NCBI GenBank assembly: GCA_024679065.1
Contig: JAGIQG010000009.1
Location: 67,022,001 to 67,086,000 of the forward strand
Reading direction: 5' to 3'
DNA: 64,000 nt
Source of the DNA: Sphyrna mokarran
Lineage: Eukaryota
Both the position numbers and the translations under genes were made by a program. Each line of letters starts with the position of its first letter. The stretch's first letter is position 1. The notes beneath the pieces were generated by a model, which did not search any database, was not told where the DNA came from, and saw only the letters and a list, made by a program, of their open reading frames with translations. Below are positions 37,272 through 49,435 of this stretch, piece after piece.

Positions 37272-38192
37272 TTTGAATGGACCTATGTTGCATTAAGTTG
37301 ATCTTTTTCTACATCCTAGCTATGACTATAATACTACATCCACACCTTTTCCTTTCCTTCTCTATGTAACAAATCAGTCCAAGCACTGCTGACGAGAGTG
37401 CAGACCCGGTGGGAAGGTCATGTCATCCATATGCCAGATGAGCACAGAAGCATTGCTAGGGGTGATTTTTCACCCCCGTTCACTGTGGACGCAAATCCCT
37501 ATATGGCTGGTTGCTCACTCCAGGAAGCCAAAACAGGATTTGCACTGGGGAGATTTCAGAATGAGATTTCCCTACACCCCCCACCCCGGTGCCAGCAACA
37601 TAGTCAAGTTCACACTCAGCAAGGGCTAACCTGATTACCGTCAATATAAATTGAAATATGCCTGAACACATAATGTCTTACCTTACCGGTTTGCTGTATG
37701 TTTACTCCCACTACCGTTCCCCTCCCCAAGCTCCTTTTTGGGGAACCCTCTGCTGAAAGGCGCTCGTATGGAGGGCAGAAGAAACATTACAAAGACACAC
37801 TCAAGGCCTCCCTGAAGTCACTTGACATAGACACGACCAGCTAAGAAATGCTGGCACAAAACCGCCCTACCTGGCGCTGCCTCATCCAATAAGGCTGTCA
37901 AGCTTACGAAGCAGGATCCAATGCTGAAACACAATTTAAGCATGAGCTGCGCAAGTCCAGAGCCACCAGTGCAACAACTATAATGCCTACCGTGTGCCAG
38001 GACATTTTGTGCCTGATTTGGCCTGATCAGTCATCTTCAGACACATTGCATCCAGCCTCAAAATGACTAATGGTGCCGAGGTCCTCATCGACAACAACGA
38101 ACGAACAATAACTGAATGCTTTGTCTGTATAGCTCAAAGAAACCATACTTTTCACTGTATAGCAATACATGTGACAATAATAAATCAAATCA
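37272..38192 (+). mobile_element. Rex1 3' tail split by an RTE insertion
   Basis: Rex1 3' UTR at 37272-37367 resumes at ~38115 and ends GTGACAATAATAAATCAAATCAA. Confidence 0.75.
37375..38112 (+). mobile_element. RTE-clade LINE 3' end, interrupted at ~37446-37721
   Basis: QTRWEGHVIHMPDEH // LPKLLFGEP...GGQKKHYKDTLKASLK...WR, a C-terminal FGLISHLQTH motif and a short-repeat tail CGAACGAACAAT. Confidence 0.85.
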
Positions 38193-38213
38193 AAAAAAGA
38201 TATCACGTGTGGT

Positions 38214-39095
38214 GCCAGCTATGGCTCAGTAGGTAGTACATTTGAGTCAGAAGTTAGGAGACTAAATGCCACTCCGGAGATTGAACACACTTGACACTCT
38301 GCAACGCACTACTGAAGTATTGCTAGGGGTGATTTTTCACCCCCGTTCACTGTGGATGCAAATCCCCACATGGCCGCTCGCTCACTCCAGGAAGCCAAAA
38401 CAGGATTTGCACTGGGGAGATTTCAGAATGAGATTTCCCTGCACTCCCTGCATTCCCTGCCACTTATCTTATTGGTTTGCTGCATGTTTACTTCCACAAA
38501 CCACCCCCCCCCCCCCCCCCCCCCCCACCACCCCCCCAATCACTTTAATGTCATGCCAATGGGAATCACTACTGGTTTCCAAAATGGAAACTAGTGCTGA
38601 TGACCATGATTAGGACTCAGAGATGAGTATAACCCTCGGGTGGTGAGGGACATGGATGGGCAGCACCCTAGCTGAAATAGCAGCGTCAGAAAATATAGAG
38701 TGAAAACCTGACTGTTTCTCTGGAAAGAAACATGCTGGTTTTCATTTAGAACCTGACACTTTGCCATTTCTGGGGAAATTCCACCCATTATCTTTGCAAT
38801 GAGATGTTAAATTGTTCTCCCTTCTGCTCCCTCGTCAAGAGATCCACATCACTGTTCAACAAAGAGCAGCAGAATGCTTCCCAGGCTCTTCACCAATATA
38901 TAAATACCTCAGTCACCAGCAGATAACCAGATTATCTGCTCATTATCACATTGCTGTTTGTGAGATTGCTGTGTGCAAATTGACTATTGTGCAGTCTACT
39001 TTACATCAGGCACCACACTTCTGTGTCATTGACTGAAAAATCTTTTGCATGTCCTGAAGTTATAAAAGCTCATATTAAAATTATTTACTTTTTAT
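38214..39095 (+). mobile_element. SacSINE1-type Deu-SINE interrupted by a MITE (~38325-38787)
   Basis: Head CAGCTATGGCTCAGTAGGTAG; body resumes GAGATGTTAAA...CATTATCACATTGCTGTTTGTG; MITE TIRs GGGGTGATTTTTCACC / GGGGAAATTCCACCC. Confidence 0.75.
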
Positions 39096-39661
39096 TGCTT
39101 TGACAAAATGCCATGAGTATAAGTGTCCATTATATAAGTGGTTTGTTCTGAATATTTCACATTGCATTTTTTGAATATTCCTCAGCACGCAACCCCCCCA
39201 TTACTAGTGGAACCATTGCCTCTTAAATATCACTTTTGCCAAAACTCCGCAAAAAGATTCTGAACTCTCAGCCAAATCTTAAGTAATTGTGTAGGTAGAT
39301 CTCTGCGCAGTTTGTTAGATAGATTTTGCCTCACTTGTTTCTCAGTAATGCCTTTCCCTCCAGTTCCACACGTTTGTGGTTAAGCGATCTCTCCATTGGG
39401 TTCCTATTTTAGGCAATTGGTCAGAACAAAAAAATCAGCTGGAAGTAAATAGCTAGTACCACTAAAGTTAGCCATGAAGATACCAGGCAGTCAGAAGACG
39501 CCCAACTGACCTATGAATGACTCTAAATGAAACCTGTTCCCTGTATATATGACTCCAATCCCACATGTTTTCCTGAAGTGACATGGCAAAGTGAGATGAA
39601 TAATAAATGACAACCCTGCCAATGATTCCTTCATTTAAAAAAGTAAACTGAGGAAGAGTGA

Positions 39662-39667
39662 GGGGGT

Positions 39668-39698
<31 letters not shown>

Positions 39699-39706
39699 GG
39701 TGGGGG
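39662..39706. repeat. G-rich homopolymer run
   Basis: About 30 consecutive G with G-rich flanks. Confidence 0.9.
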
Positions 39707-40373
39707 AAAAGAGAACGGTTTAGAACCAGATTTGTATTTCAGACAGCAGGCTGTATTCGCATGCAAGGAGTCAATTGGATTCTGATGGAATGTGTATTTG
39801 AACATTCCCAGGAAATGAATTGAGGAAAGATACTCGGTCAACCCAATACTTTTCATTTTGCATTTTATAGGGGGGCAAGGGAGGTCTGATTCCTGCTGAA
39901 ATCTAACTTTTTATGCCACTATAAACTACACGGGCCATAATTTCTGAATTGGCAGCGGCTTTGGCCAGACTTGCTGGAGGAGTCAGTCGCGTGCCAGTGT
40001 AGAACCTGTGGAAGCTCTTTTAACATTAAAATAATAATGGATTAGTAACTTAAACCTGAACTGGAAACCCTGTGCATTCCACCTCTTCCTATTAAACGGT
40101 TCTCCATTTTAACTGCTACCCAAATCTACATCAGCATCATCATATTCAGGAGGGAGTGAGAGAAAAATGTGTTGTGTTTTCTTGACGAAGAATTGAGGGC
40201 ATGTGTTGGACATGAGGTTTAGTGGGAAGCAGGATAGGGAGTGAGGACTGGAATCTGGTTACAGTTACCAAACGTAAGTGCAGGAAATACGTTATTGTGG
40301 ACAATGGGACAGCATAGAACTGACTTTGTCTGTGATAGTCCAGTAGTTGAATGTTCTGCCAGCTGACCATTGA

Positions 40374-42033
40374 TGAGGAACTCAGGAGGGTTTACCACAG
40401 TTGGAGGACCATGAAACCCTTCTTTGAGTCTCCCTCCCTCTGGTGGGAAACCATCAAAGACAACATCAAAAGGTTCTTCATTCGCAAAGGGGTTCAGAAG
40501 GCCAAGGAGTGAAGGGTGGAAATGTGCCAACTCCAGAAAAGCATACAGGAACTGCTCCAACTGCAGTCGATGGGGGTGGATGTCAGGGGGATCTCCAGGA
40601 GGTGAAGAGCCAGCAAGCCTCGCTCTTTACCTTGAAGGCCGCCAAGGTCATCTTTAGTCCAGGGTCTGCTCCGTGGAGCAGGACGAAAAGCACTCGCGTT
40701 TCTTCCTCCAGAAGGTACACAGAAAAACCTCTGCGATCAGCAGCCTGAAGGAAGAAGACGGCTCAGTAAGGTCATCGCAGTCTGACATTCTGAGGATCTA
40801 CAAATCCTTCCGTGCTGAACTGTACGACCTGAAGCCAACAGACAGCACGGCCTCCCAGCCTTTCCTGTCGTCTATCACTCAGGTCATAGACGACGGCGAG
40901 CGGGACAGTCTGGACAGACCGGTATCTCTGAACAAGCTGGCGAAGGCCGTTGAGTCCTTTCAGAAGGGTAAAACTCCTGGAAGCGACGGCTTACCGGCTG
41001 AGTTTTATTTGGCATTGTGGGACTTGACGGGCCCGGATCTCCTGGAAGTATATGAGAGTATGCTTCTGGAAGGCAGGATATCAGAATCCATGAGGAAAGG
41101 CATCACTGTCCTCATCTACAAGCAGAAGGGGGAAAGGGAAGAAATTAGAAATTGGCAACTCATTTCACTATTGAACATGGATTATAAAATTCTCGGCAAC
41201 TGGGTCAAATCTGCTCTGGGGTCAGTGATCCATCCTGATCAAACCTGTGTTGTACCCGGCAGGAAAATCTCTGACAGCCTTGCACTACTCAGGGATATGA
41301 TCACCTACCTGCAGGACAGACGGGTGGATACCTGCCTCATCAGCCTAGCCCAGGAGAAGGCGTTTGACAGAATATCACACAGCTACATGATGGATGTACT
41401 CTCCAAAATGGGCTTTGGGAAGGGAATCCGCAATTGGATACAGCTGCTCTACACAGACATTAGTAGTGCAATTTCAGTCAATGGGTGGGTATCGGATAGT
41501 TTTCAAATCAGGTCTGGAGTCAGACAGGGCTGCCCTCTCTCCTCTGTCCTTTTTATGTGTTGATTGAACCCTTTGCTGAGGCCCTCGGAAGCGACCCAGG
41601 CATCAAACGGATGACAATCAAATGGAGGCACGCAAGTCAAAGCCTCCCTGTACATGGATGACGTGGCTGTCTTCTGCTCGGACCCCTTGTCTGTTTGCAG
41701 ACGTCTCCAGGTCTGTGAGCAGTTCGAGTTGGCCTCGGGAGCCAAAGTCAATCAGGGTAAGAGCGAGGCCGTGTTCTTTGGAAACTGGGCTGACAAATCC
41801 TTTTTCCCTTTCACCATCAGGGCAGATTACCTGAAGGTGCTTGGGGATATGGTTTGGAGCGGGAGTGGCATGCACCAAAAACTGGGATGAGCACATCACG
41901 AAAGCCAGGCAGAAACTGAGCTGGTGGGTGCTATGCTCCCTCTCCATGACAGGGAAAAACCTGGTGATCTGGTGCGAGGTGCTGTCCATGTTGTTGTATG
42001 TGGTGCAGGTGTGGCCCATCCCCAGACCCAAAA
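40374..42033 (+). mobile_element. Tx1/L1-clade retrotransposon ORF2 internal fragment (RT domain, disrupted) with a 19-bp TSD
   Basis: KTPGSDGLPAEFY, NWQLISLLNMDYKIL, QEKAFDRISH, GVRQGCPLS and YMDD at 41651; stop codon and frameshifts; flanks TCTGCCAGCTGACCATTGA (40355) and TCTGCCAGCTGACCACTGA (42034). Confidence 0.93.
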
Positions 42034-42404
42034 TCTGCCAGCTGACCACTGAGGCTTATGTGATTAATATCATTTGCTATTGGACAATAACCAGGAGAAG
42101 TGTGAAATCAAACAAATATAAAGTTCGATTTATATAAACAGAAGAGTTGGTAACCCAGGAGACAAATTTAAGGTAAAGGGTTAAATAAAACAGGTAAAGA
42201 TGAGGAGAGATTTACTTATCCAGTAGATTGTTGTTATCTAGAATGAGAGCAGATTCCACTGTCAGCTGTGAAGGTGACATTTCCTGAGCTACAGGGAAAA
42301 GGGCTAATTGGGTAGCTCTGTCACTGTTGGGCAAATCGCCGTTTTCATTGTTACAGGGGTCTACAAATACTGTGGGTAATTTTATGAGCCGGACTTGCTA
42401 GTTC

Positions 42405-42945
42405 TTTTCTATTTATTCTTTCATGTGATGTGGGCATCATTGGCAAGGCCAGTGTGTATTACCCATCCCTAATTGCCCTTGAGTTGAATTGTTTGCCAGA
42501 GTTATCTCAAAGGGCAGCCTGGAATCACTTCTGGCCAGATCAGGTAAGAGCTGGCAGATTTCCTTTCTTAAAGGGCATTAGTGAACCAGATGGGTATTTT
42601 TTTAATGCAGTAAGAGGTCTGACAATACCAGTTTTAAATCCAACTGATTTATTTGGTAGTAAACTCGCAAGCTTTATGCATAAAGCCGAAAGCTTGCGAG
42701 TTTACTATCAAATAAATTGGTTGGATTTAAAACTGATGTTGTCAAACCTCTTACTGTGTTTATCCCAGTCCAACGCCAGCATCTCTACATCATTTTTTTT
42801 AATGACAGTGATAGTTTTATGATCACCATTCCAGATTTTATATGTTAAATTTTGATTCCACATGTTGCCATGATGGGGTTTGAACCTGTGTCCCCTGGGC
42901 ATTAGCCTAGCCCACTGGCTTACAAGTCTAGTGACATTACCACCA
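42405..42945 (-). mobile_element. tRNA-derived SINE (family of 48850-49100) hosting a Penelope hairpin
   Basis: Reverse tail GATGTGGGCATCATTGGCAAGGCCAG...CCCTAATTGCCCTTGAG; reverse head GGGTTTGAACC...GTGACATTACCAC. Confidence 0.7.
42608..42792. mobile_element. Palindromic Penelope-terminus insertion forming a near-perfect hairpin
   Basis: Arms 42608-42675 and 42689-42756, 13-nt loop; Penelope-type end CCAGTCCAACGCCAGCATCTCTACATCAT; TTTTTTAATG on both flanks. Confidence 0.85.
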
Positions 42946-43412
42946 CATCAAAATCTCTCCCTAGTGGGCAGGGAATCTTTCTGCCATGTTGGTCAGAATA
43001 TTGTGGGCATTGCACATCTGAATTTTTCCAATTTGTCCTGTTTGTGGGCAGGATTTCCAGTGGTGAAACCTCAAGTGTGCATGGGGGCTGATTTACACAC
43101 AAACAAGCAACGACTAATTAGAAATAGTGTAGCCTCTATTTCATTGCAAGGTTATAAACTGAAAGCCAGTTTCTGGTTGAAATAAACAGTTCACTAATGT
43201 ATCTAAGTAAATTCAACTAACAAGCTTAAAGAATGATGTGACTGCACTGTTTGTAACTGACTTTCACAAGTGAATTTTATTATTCTAATTGGTTGCATTT
43301 AGTGACACCACCCACTATAATTAACAAGATGTGGTAATGGCCCATCCAGGAAGTGGCAGGCCAATAATCACCCAACAATATGCACTGTGATTCAGTCAAA
43401 CTGTAGACTTAC

Positions 43413-45930
43413 AGGCTGGAATTTTTTGCTCCTGAGTCGACAACAGAGTCAGGACAATGTCGACTCAATAAATGCAATCTGGAGAAAGTGCCCCACAAGG
43501 TTAGAATTTTGTGGAAAGGAATCTTCGCTGTGGTGGTGAGGGGTTAGGAGGGATGGTTGTGGGCAGAGTGGTAAGTAGACATGATGGGTAACCCTGGAAT
43601 TAGTGCATGGTGAGTAGGTAAGTTAGGCAAAAGTTCTGACGTGCACTATGTCAATGTTTTTTGAAAGAACAATAAAATATAAAATAGCTATTCAGTTCTC
43701 AGGCCTCATATCCTCTCATCCCTATCCATTCCAGCCCACGGCCAGCTCATACTCTCACTCAACTCCATGGCCGACATACTCCCTATGCCACCCTATGTCC
43801 CCCACCCATCTTCCATGGTTTCTTATACCTTCATGTCTCTATCCATGCTCCTGGACCTTTACAGTCCATAAGCCAACTTAGAGCAAACTCATATCAACCC
43901 ATGTTCTCCACCCTTTGCCCTTATAGCCTCCATGCCAAATCACCCAGTATCCAACACGGACAGACTTCAAGGCCAACGCTTAAATGCAACAAAATAAAGC
44001 TCTGACAGCTATTACGGACTTTAATTTCATGTATAAATAAAACTCTCATTAACAAAAGCCCATTCACTATGTTTACATTCCATCAACCTTATAAAAACAA
44101 AGATTTCATTCAAGTGCTTAAATCCCATATTAAAACAACATTTATATTCATAGTCTCACTCCAAAGACTTTATAACTACTTGGAATTGTCAATCAGACTG
44201 AACTGAGAGGCATCCCACTGTGATAATGGAAAGTTGTGAAATCAATTATGCAGCATTAATCCACTTAAAAAATCCTTATAGCTTAATGTTAACAGGGTGA
44301 AAAAAAGAGGGTTTTTTTAAAACACCACAGAGATTTTTGTCAAATATTTAAATTGTAGGAATTTGAAATGCCTTGACGGGCGTTTAGACCTGCTCCTACC
44401 AGATTTAATCTGCACACGTCATGTTTACCACTTCTGGCAAATGAAAATCAACTACGACTGGAAGAAGATGTTGTTTTATATGGATAGCTGTCTCTATGTA
44501 GCAACAATGTGCAATTTGGAACCCATTCCCATTCCTCTTTCCTGCAAATGCAGGCTGTATTTAAGGGAAGATGCCACCCCACCACTGGTACAATTGCAGT
44601 GGGGGCAATTTTTGTATTATCTGACAACTTCTTAATCATGTATTTTCATCTTAAATGGGTATAAACCTGTAAGAAGGCAAGAGACTCGGAGTTCAGCCCT
44701 GTAGAACCCCATAGAAAATAGCCTTCCAGTTACAAAAGAACACCTATCCACCTTCACTCATTGCCACCACTGCAACAATTTTGGATCCAACTTTGCCACC
44801 TTTTGATCTATGGCCTTTTACTGCTCTGACCAAACTGCTACGTGGATTCATGTCAAACACCTTGTTAAAATTTATATAGATCACATCAAACATGCTGCTT
44901 TCATCAATCTTCCTCACCAAAAATGAAATCAACCTTCCCATCAATTCAACTAACAGAAGGAAGAGGCATGGAGCAGGATAATAACTGCCTCATTTGGGAA
45001 GGGCAGCCACGGTCATGGTTTGGAAATATGTTCCTTCCTGCAGGATGCAAAACCTATGTATTATTCTATATTCATGGAGAGCCTTTAAAAATGATGACCA
45101 GGACTCGATTTCAGGATTCCTGGCTCCATTCCTGATATTTCCAATATTCGCCAGGGCCTTTTAAGGGTGTGGAGGTTCAAGCGGTAAACCAGTAAGTACC
45201 CTGTACTCCCGATCTGGCTATCTCCATTCAGAGAATGGGGATGACCTCGTCCCCTGCAATTTTCCTGGGGTCAGACCAGCTTTTCATTGGGTCATAGTTC
45301 ACGGCCCCTCAGAGATGTCATGAACTATAGTCTGCATTGAGGGAACCTTTTGAAACATGAGTTCAACAGTTTGTCCTGACTGCCCTCCCATCAAGAAATC
45401 CCCTCCTTCTGCCCACTTCCTATGAATCCGTAGGCCTCCAATCATGCACTATGGCCCCTCGTGCCCCTCTCATTCATTCACTATACACCGCATAGAAGAA
45501 ATGAACCCCTATAGTGACAGTATGATGTATATATATTTTAAAAAGCAGTCATTCATTAATAACTTGCCATTTTCTTTTTAAAAATTTCCTGATGGCGAGG
45601 GGCATACTTAGCATGGGAGGCATGAGAGGCTACAGAGGTTTGGGAGGGGGCATAAAGTGACATGGTTAGTGTATGAGGAGTGTATAGTGGGTGCAGGGTT
45701 GTGAGGAGTAATGATTGGAGAATGATTTTGTTATAACTGGGATGATGTTCCACTACCTTTTAAACAGCCTCAGTCGTGCCTCCGAACTCTTTGCTAGGTT
45801 TGCTCAGTCCAACGCAGCCCTCTCACACCCCATCAAATAATGAAAAATCAGAGTTTGTGGGCACTTTCTCCTAAGGCGAACAGGCCTAGCTGGGAAATTT
45901 CCTGAATCCCACTGTTGGCCTTGCAGCGCA
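43413..45930. mobile_element. Large non-autonomous Harbinger-like element with long degenerate inverted arms; contains a CR1 RT fragment (44680-44930, minus)
   Basis: GGAGAAAGTGCCCCACAA (~43482) versus TTGTGGGCACTTTCTCC (~45855); starts GGCTGGAATTTT; CR1-like KIDESSMFDVIYINFNKVFD. Confidence 0.5.
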
Positions 45931-46494
45931 TATTATTCAAATACATAAATTGCAATGTTAACTTACTGATATCCAACAAAAATCTTGTGAATTTATTGGT
46001 ATAATTGGAATCTTCCACCAGAGACGGAGGCCATACAGCCCATCTTGTTTGTGCTGGCTTTTTGCAAGAACAATCCCATTAGTTGCCAAAGTCTTTTCCA
46101 ATAACCATGCAAATGTTTCCTTTTCTGTTCTATTTGCGTGTAGTTAGACAGCACAGCAAGTACTTTTCCAGCTGCTCACAGTATAAATGAAATTTAATCC
46201 TATCCTCCCTTCAGGGTACTGCCATAAATTTAAATCTAATATTGGAAGAAGAATTTGCATTTATAACGGAAGGTTGATGAACTGCAGCTAAAAGAGGCAC
46301 AATGCAAATTCTTGGTGCTTATCTTTACTCCCACATTCAGACTTATTGTTTGTCAACACTGACATTTGCAAAGTCACAAGTCAGCGTATCTAATCCTTTG
46401 ATTAAAAAGTCATTCACTATGTGGATGGAATGAGTGCCAAATCTCCCACAGATGCAAAAGTAGACTTTAGGCTTAAAGAGAACCTCAGTTCTTG

Positions 46495-46965
46495 CCAATT
46501 TTTACAGATGCACAATAGAAAGCATCCTTTCCCGATGTATCACAGCTTGGTATGGCTCCTGCTTTGACCAAGACGCAAGAACTACAGAGGGTAGTGTTCA
46601 TAATCACAAAAATCAATCTCTCATCCACTGTCTCCACCTAACTTCCCGCTACCTCGAAAAAGCAGCCAACATAATGAAGGATCCCACGCACTCTCTGCAC
46701 CTTCTTCTGTCAGGAAAAAGTTACAAAAATCTGGGATCACATACCATCATCAAGAACAGCTTCTTCTCTGCTGTCATCAGACTTTTGAATGAACCTATCA
46801 TATGTGAAAATGAACTTTTTCTACACCCTGGTTATGACTGTAATACTATATTCTGCACTCTCTCTTTTCCTTCTCCCTTATGTATTCAATGAGTGGTCTG
46901 TGTAGCAAGAAACAATACTTTTCACTGTATCCCAATACATGTGACAATAATAAGTCAAATCAAGT
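46495..46965 (+). mobile_element. Rex1/Babar 3' end
   Basis: FYRCTIESILSRCITAWYGSC...KDPTHSLHLLLSGKSY...KNSFFSAVIRLLN; GTGACAATAATAAG tail. Confidence 0.88.
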
Positions 46966-47029
46966 CAGTCAAGAGTACCAGATATGATGTGAAGCTATAG
47001 GGGCAGACTGTTTATCCTCCCACTCTCAG

Positions 47030-48130
47030 TAAACAGGGTGATAACACATTTCTTGTGGAAACATAGCTCTGATTATATGCATGTTGCAAATGTGAGGTGA
47101 TTTTCAAGTTAAACTGTCAGGCATGCCATTGGTGGCTATTTCTTCTTGTCCATTAGTCACCCTTTGGTTTGCTCTTGAGGTTGAAATACAGCTGGCATAA
47201 CTGACTGCCACAGATTGAAGGCATCATGATAACTGCCAGGATACTGTGCATTGACCAGCATGGTTTGCTTTGATGACACAGCAGCTGGACCATAAGAGAG
47301 TGGAATCCCTTTTGGTTCTAGACTATGGCAGAACTAGCATGAGGTGCTCACAACATGCAGTCAATGATAACTTGCACTATCGATAATCTGATACCATTGC
47401 AAAATCTCATGCTTCTCTTTGGCAAGAGGGAATGAATTGAAACAATCTCACTTGAATCAGGGAACTTACAACCTCCCTAATGCAGCTGTCAGTCATCTTC
47501 CCACTCACTGAAAGCAGTTCTGACGTACCCTGAAATAGGGGTTGTGGCTGCAGCAGTTGGCAGATTTCACTGAAGATGGTCCTTACTGAGGTACAGGCAT
47601 CCAACCCATTGTTCCTCACTGAGGTTCAGTAGCAGAACTGCTCTCTTAGCACCCTGGGTGGATATGGACCCCTTTTTCTATCCTCCTTCTTTTGGTTGCT
47701 TGCCCTGCTCTGTGTACCCCTTTTCATTCTTCAAGTCATGCTCTATTCTTAGAGTAAAGCCAACTACTGCACCATGTCAGGGAGTCACTGGTTTGAGCAG
47801 AAGCCTTGAAGTCGGCAAAAAAAACGATAGCACCTGCCAGCCCAACATGACAACTTTTTAAACTCCAAACTGTTGGGAAAAGCCCCAAGAGTATACAGAG
47901 TTGTAGCAATAATCAGTCACTAATCTGAGTGCAGTTGTTGATCCCTTTAAGCAGCATTAATGGTTTAACAAATGTTCAGCTGTGTAAGGTTGAAAGAGGG
48001 CTATAACAGGACTGTTGTAGTTAAGACTTGAGGCTTTGCATAGCTCAGGCATGCTAATGCCTTTAACAAGATGGTATCCAACACAGTTGTGTCAGAAGTG
48101 CACGCATATGCCATTTTGGAACCAGAAAGA
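47030..48130 (-). mobile_element. Probable Harbinger ORF1/subterminal relic
   Basis: Loose similarity to 10200-10960; GATCCCTTTAA and GCCATTTTGGA subterminal motifs. Confidence 0.35.
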
Positions 48131-48640
48131 CACTCAAAACACCTGAACAAAAAAAAACCAAGTCCAATTTCTATTTTGTTTTTTCCAAGCTACATGCTGT
48201 GAACTATTGCATCAGTGGGCAATGGATTCAGGATTGTCTGTGTTTCCTAGAAGACTCTCAAATTAAAAAAAAAGACCAGTTCATCCACTAGATCAGTGGA
48301 TCTGAGTACCATAAACTATGAGGGATCCCAGTTGTGACATGTAGTCAACATCTGTGAGGCATATCAGGATGGGAGAGACAAATGTAGAAATTGGTTTCAG
48401 CTCCATTCATTCGTTTAAGAAATGAGAAAATCTTCAGATTTTTACCTAACAGTAACAATTCTTGCTGTCATTTGTTGATAGTGAGTGGGAACAGGATTGA
48501 ACTCACCAGTAATTGTACTCCTTGTAGTCTCATGGCCTACTGATATTATAAAAGAACATGGATACCTAGCTGACGCATTGTTAACACCTGTTGAATAGCA
48601 TTTGAGCATGTAAGTTGAAGTACAGTTTTGAGGAGACAAA

Positions 48641-48766
48641 GGGCAGAATTTTCCCATCCTGCCTGCCACAGGAATAGTAGCAGGCAGAAACAAACCAAGC
48701 AATGGTCTGTTGACCTCAGGTGGGATTCTCTGGTCTTGGGGTAAGCGTGGTCAGAAAATCCCACCC
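48641..48766. mobile_element. ~125-bp MITE
   Basis: TIRs GGGCAGAATTTTCC / AGAAAATCCCACCC. Confidence 0.7.
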
Positions 48767-48849
48767 AAAGAATTAGAAAGGAGAACAATACTGGAATCAC
48801 AGAAACCTTGGTAGATTGCTTTGGACTGAATGTTGTGCTTAGTAAGTGA

Positions 48850-49100
48850 AGTGGTGGCGCAGTGGTATTGTCACTGGATTCAGCATCATTCTCTGGGTAC
48901 CAGAGTTCAAATCTCACCATGGCAGATGGTTCAAATTTGAATTCAATAAAAATCTGGAATTAATAGTGTAATGATGACCGTGACATGTTGATTATTATTT
49001 AAAAATCCATATGGTTCATTGGTGTCCTTTAAGGAAAGAAATTTACCATCCTAACCTGGTCTGGCTCACGTGTGACTTCTAGATTGCCCTCTGAAGTGAT
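48850..49100 (+). mobile_element. tRNA-derived SINE
   Basis: A box GGTGGCGCAGTGG and B box GAGTTCAAATC, then CACCATGGCAGATGG...GTCCTTTAAGGAAAGAAA. Confidence 0.75.
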
Positions 49101-49159
49101 CTGACCTCTCTCCGCTGAGCTCTAACCTCCCATCTCAATCCTGACTTCTCAACTGAATA

Positions 49160-49435
49160 GAATAATATAGAATCCTTACACAAAGAAGGCCATCTAGAAT
49201 CTATCCCCGTAACCACGTGTATTTACATGCTGATCCCTCTAGCACTAAGGGGCAATTTATCGCAGCCAATCAATCTAAACTGCACATTTTTGGACTGTGG
49301 GAGGAAACCAGAGCACCTGGACGAAACTCATACTGACACAGGGAGCAAATGCAAACTCCACATAGTGCCCCAAGCTGGGGAATTGAACCTGGGTTTCTGG
49401 TGCTGTGAGGCAGCAATGCTAACCACTGTGCCATA
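49160..49435 (-). mobile_element. HE1-type V-SINE
   Basis: TTTGGACTGTGGGAGGAAACCAGAGCACC...GCTGTGAGGCAGCAATGCTAACCACTGTGCC. Confidence 0.85.

Noticed and set aside
39662-39706. Functional G-quadruplex element
   Set aside because: G4-capable, but only a homopolymer of uncertain sequenced length with no supporting context.
40673-41563. 296-aa ORF as a functional or domesticated RT gene, or a retron-like system
   Set aside because: It ends at a frameshift before YMDD, has an upstream stop and a small deletion after YKIL, and is an ordinary decaying Tx1 ORF2.
48850-48925. tRNA gene (also the V-SINE heads)
   Set aside because: A and B boxes are present, but there is no full cloverleaf and the sequence continues into SINE bodies.
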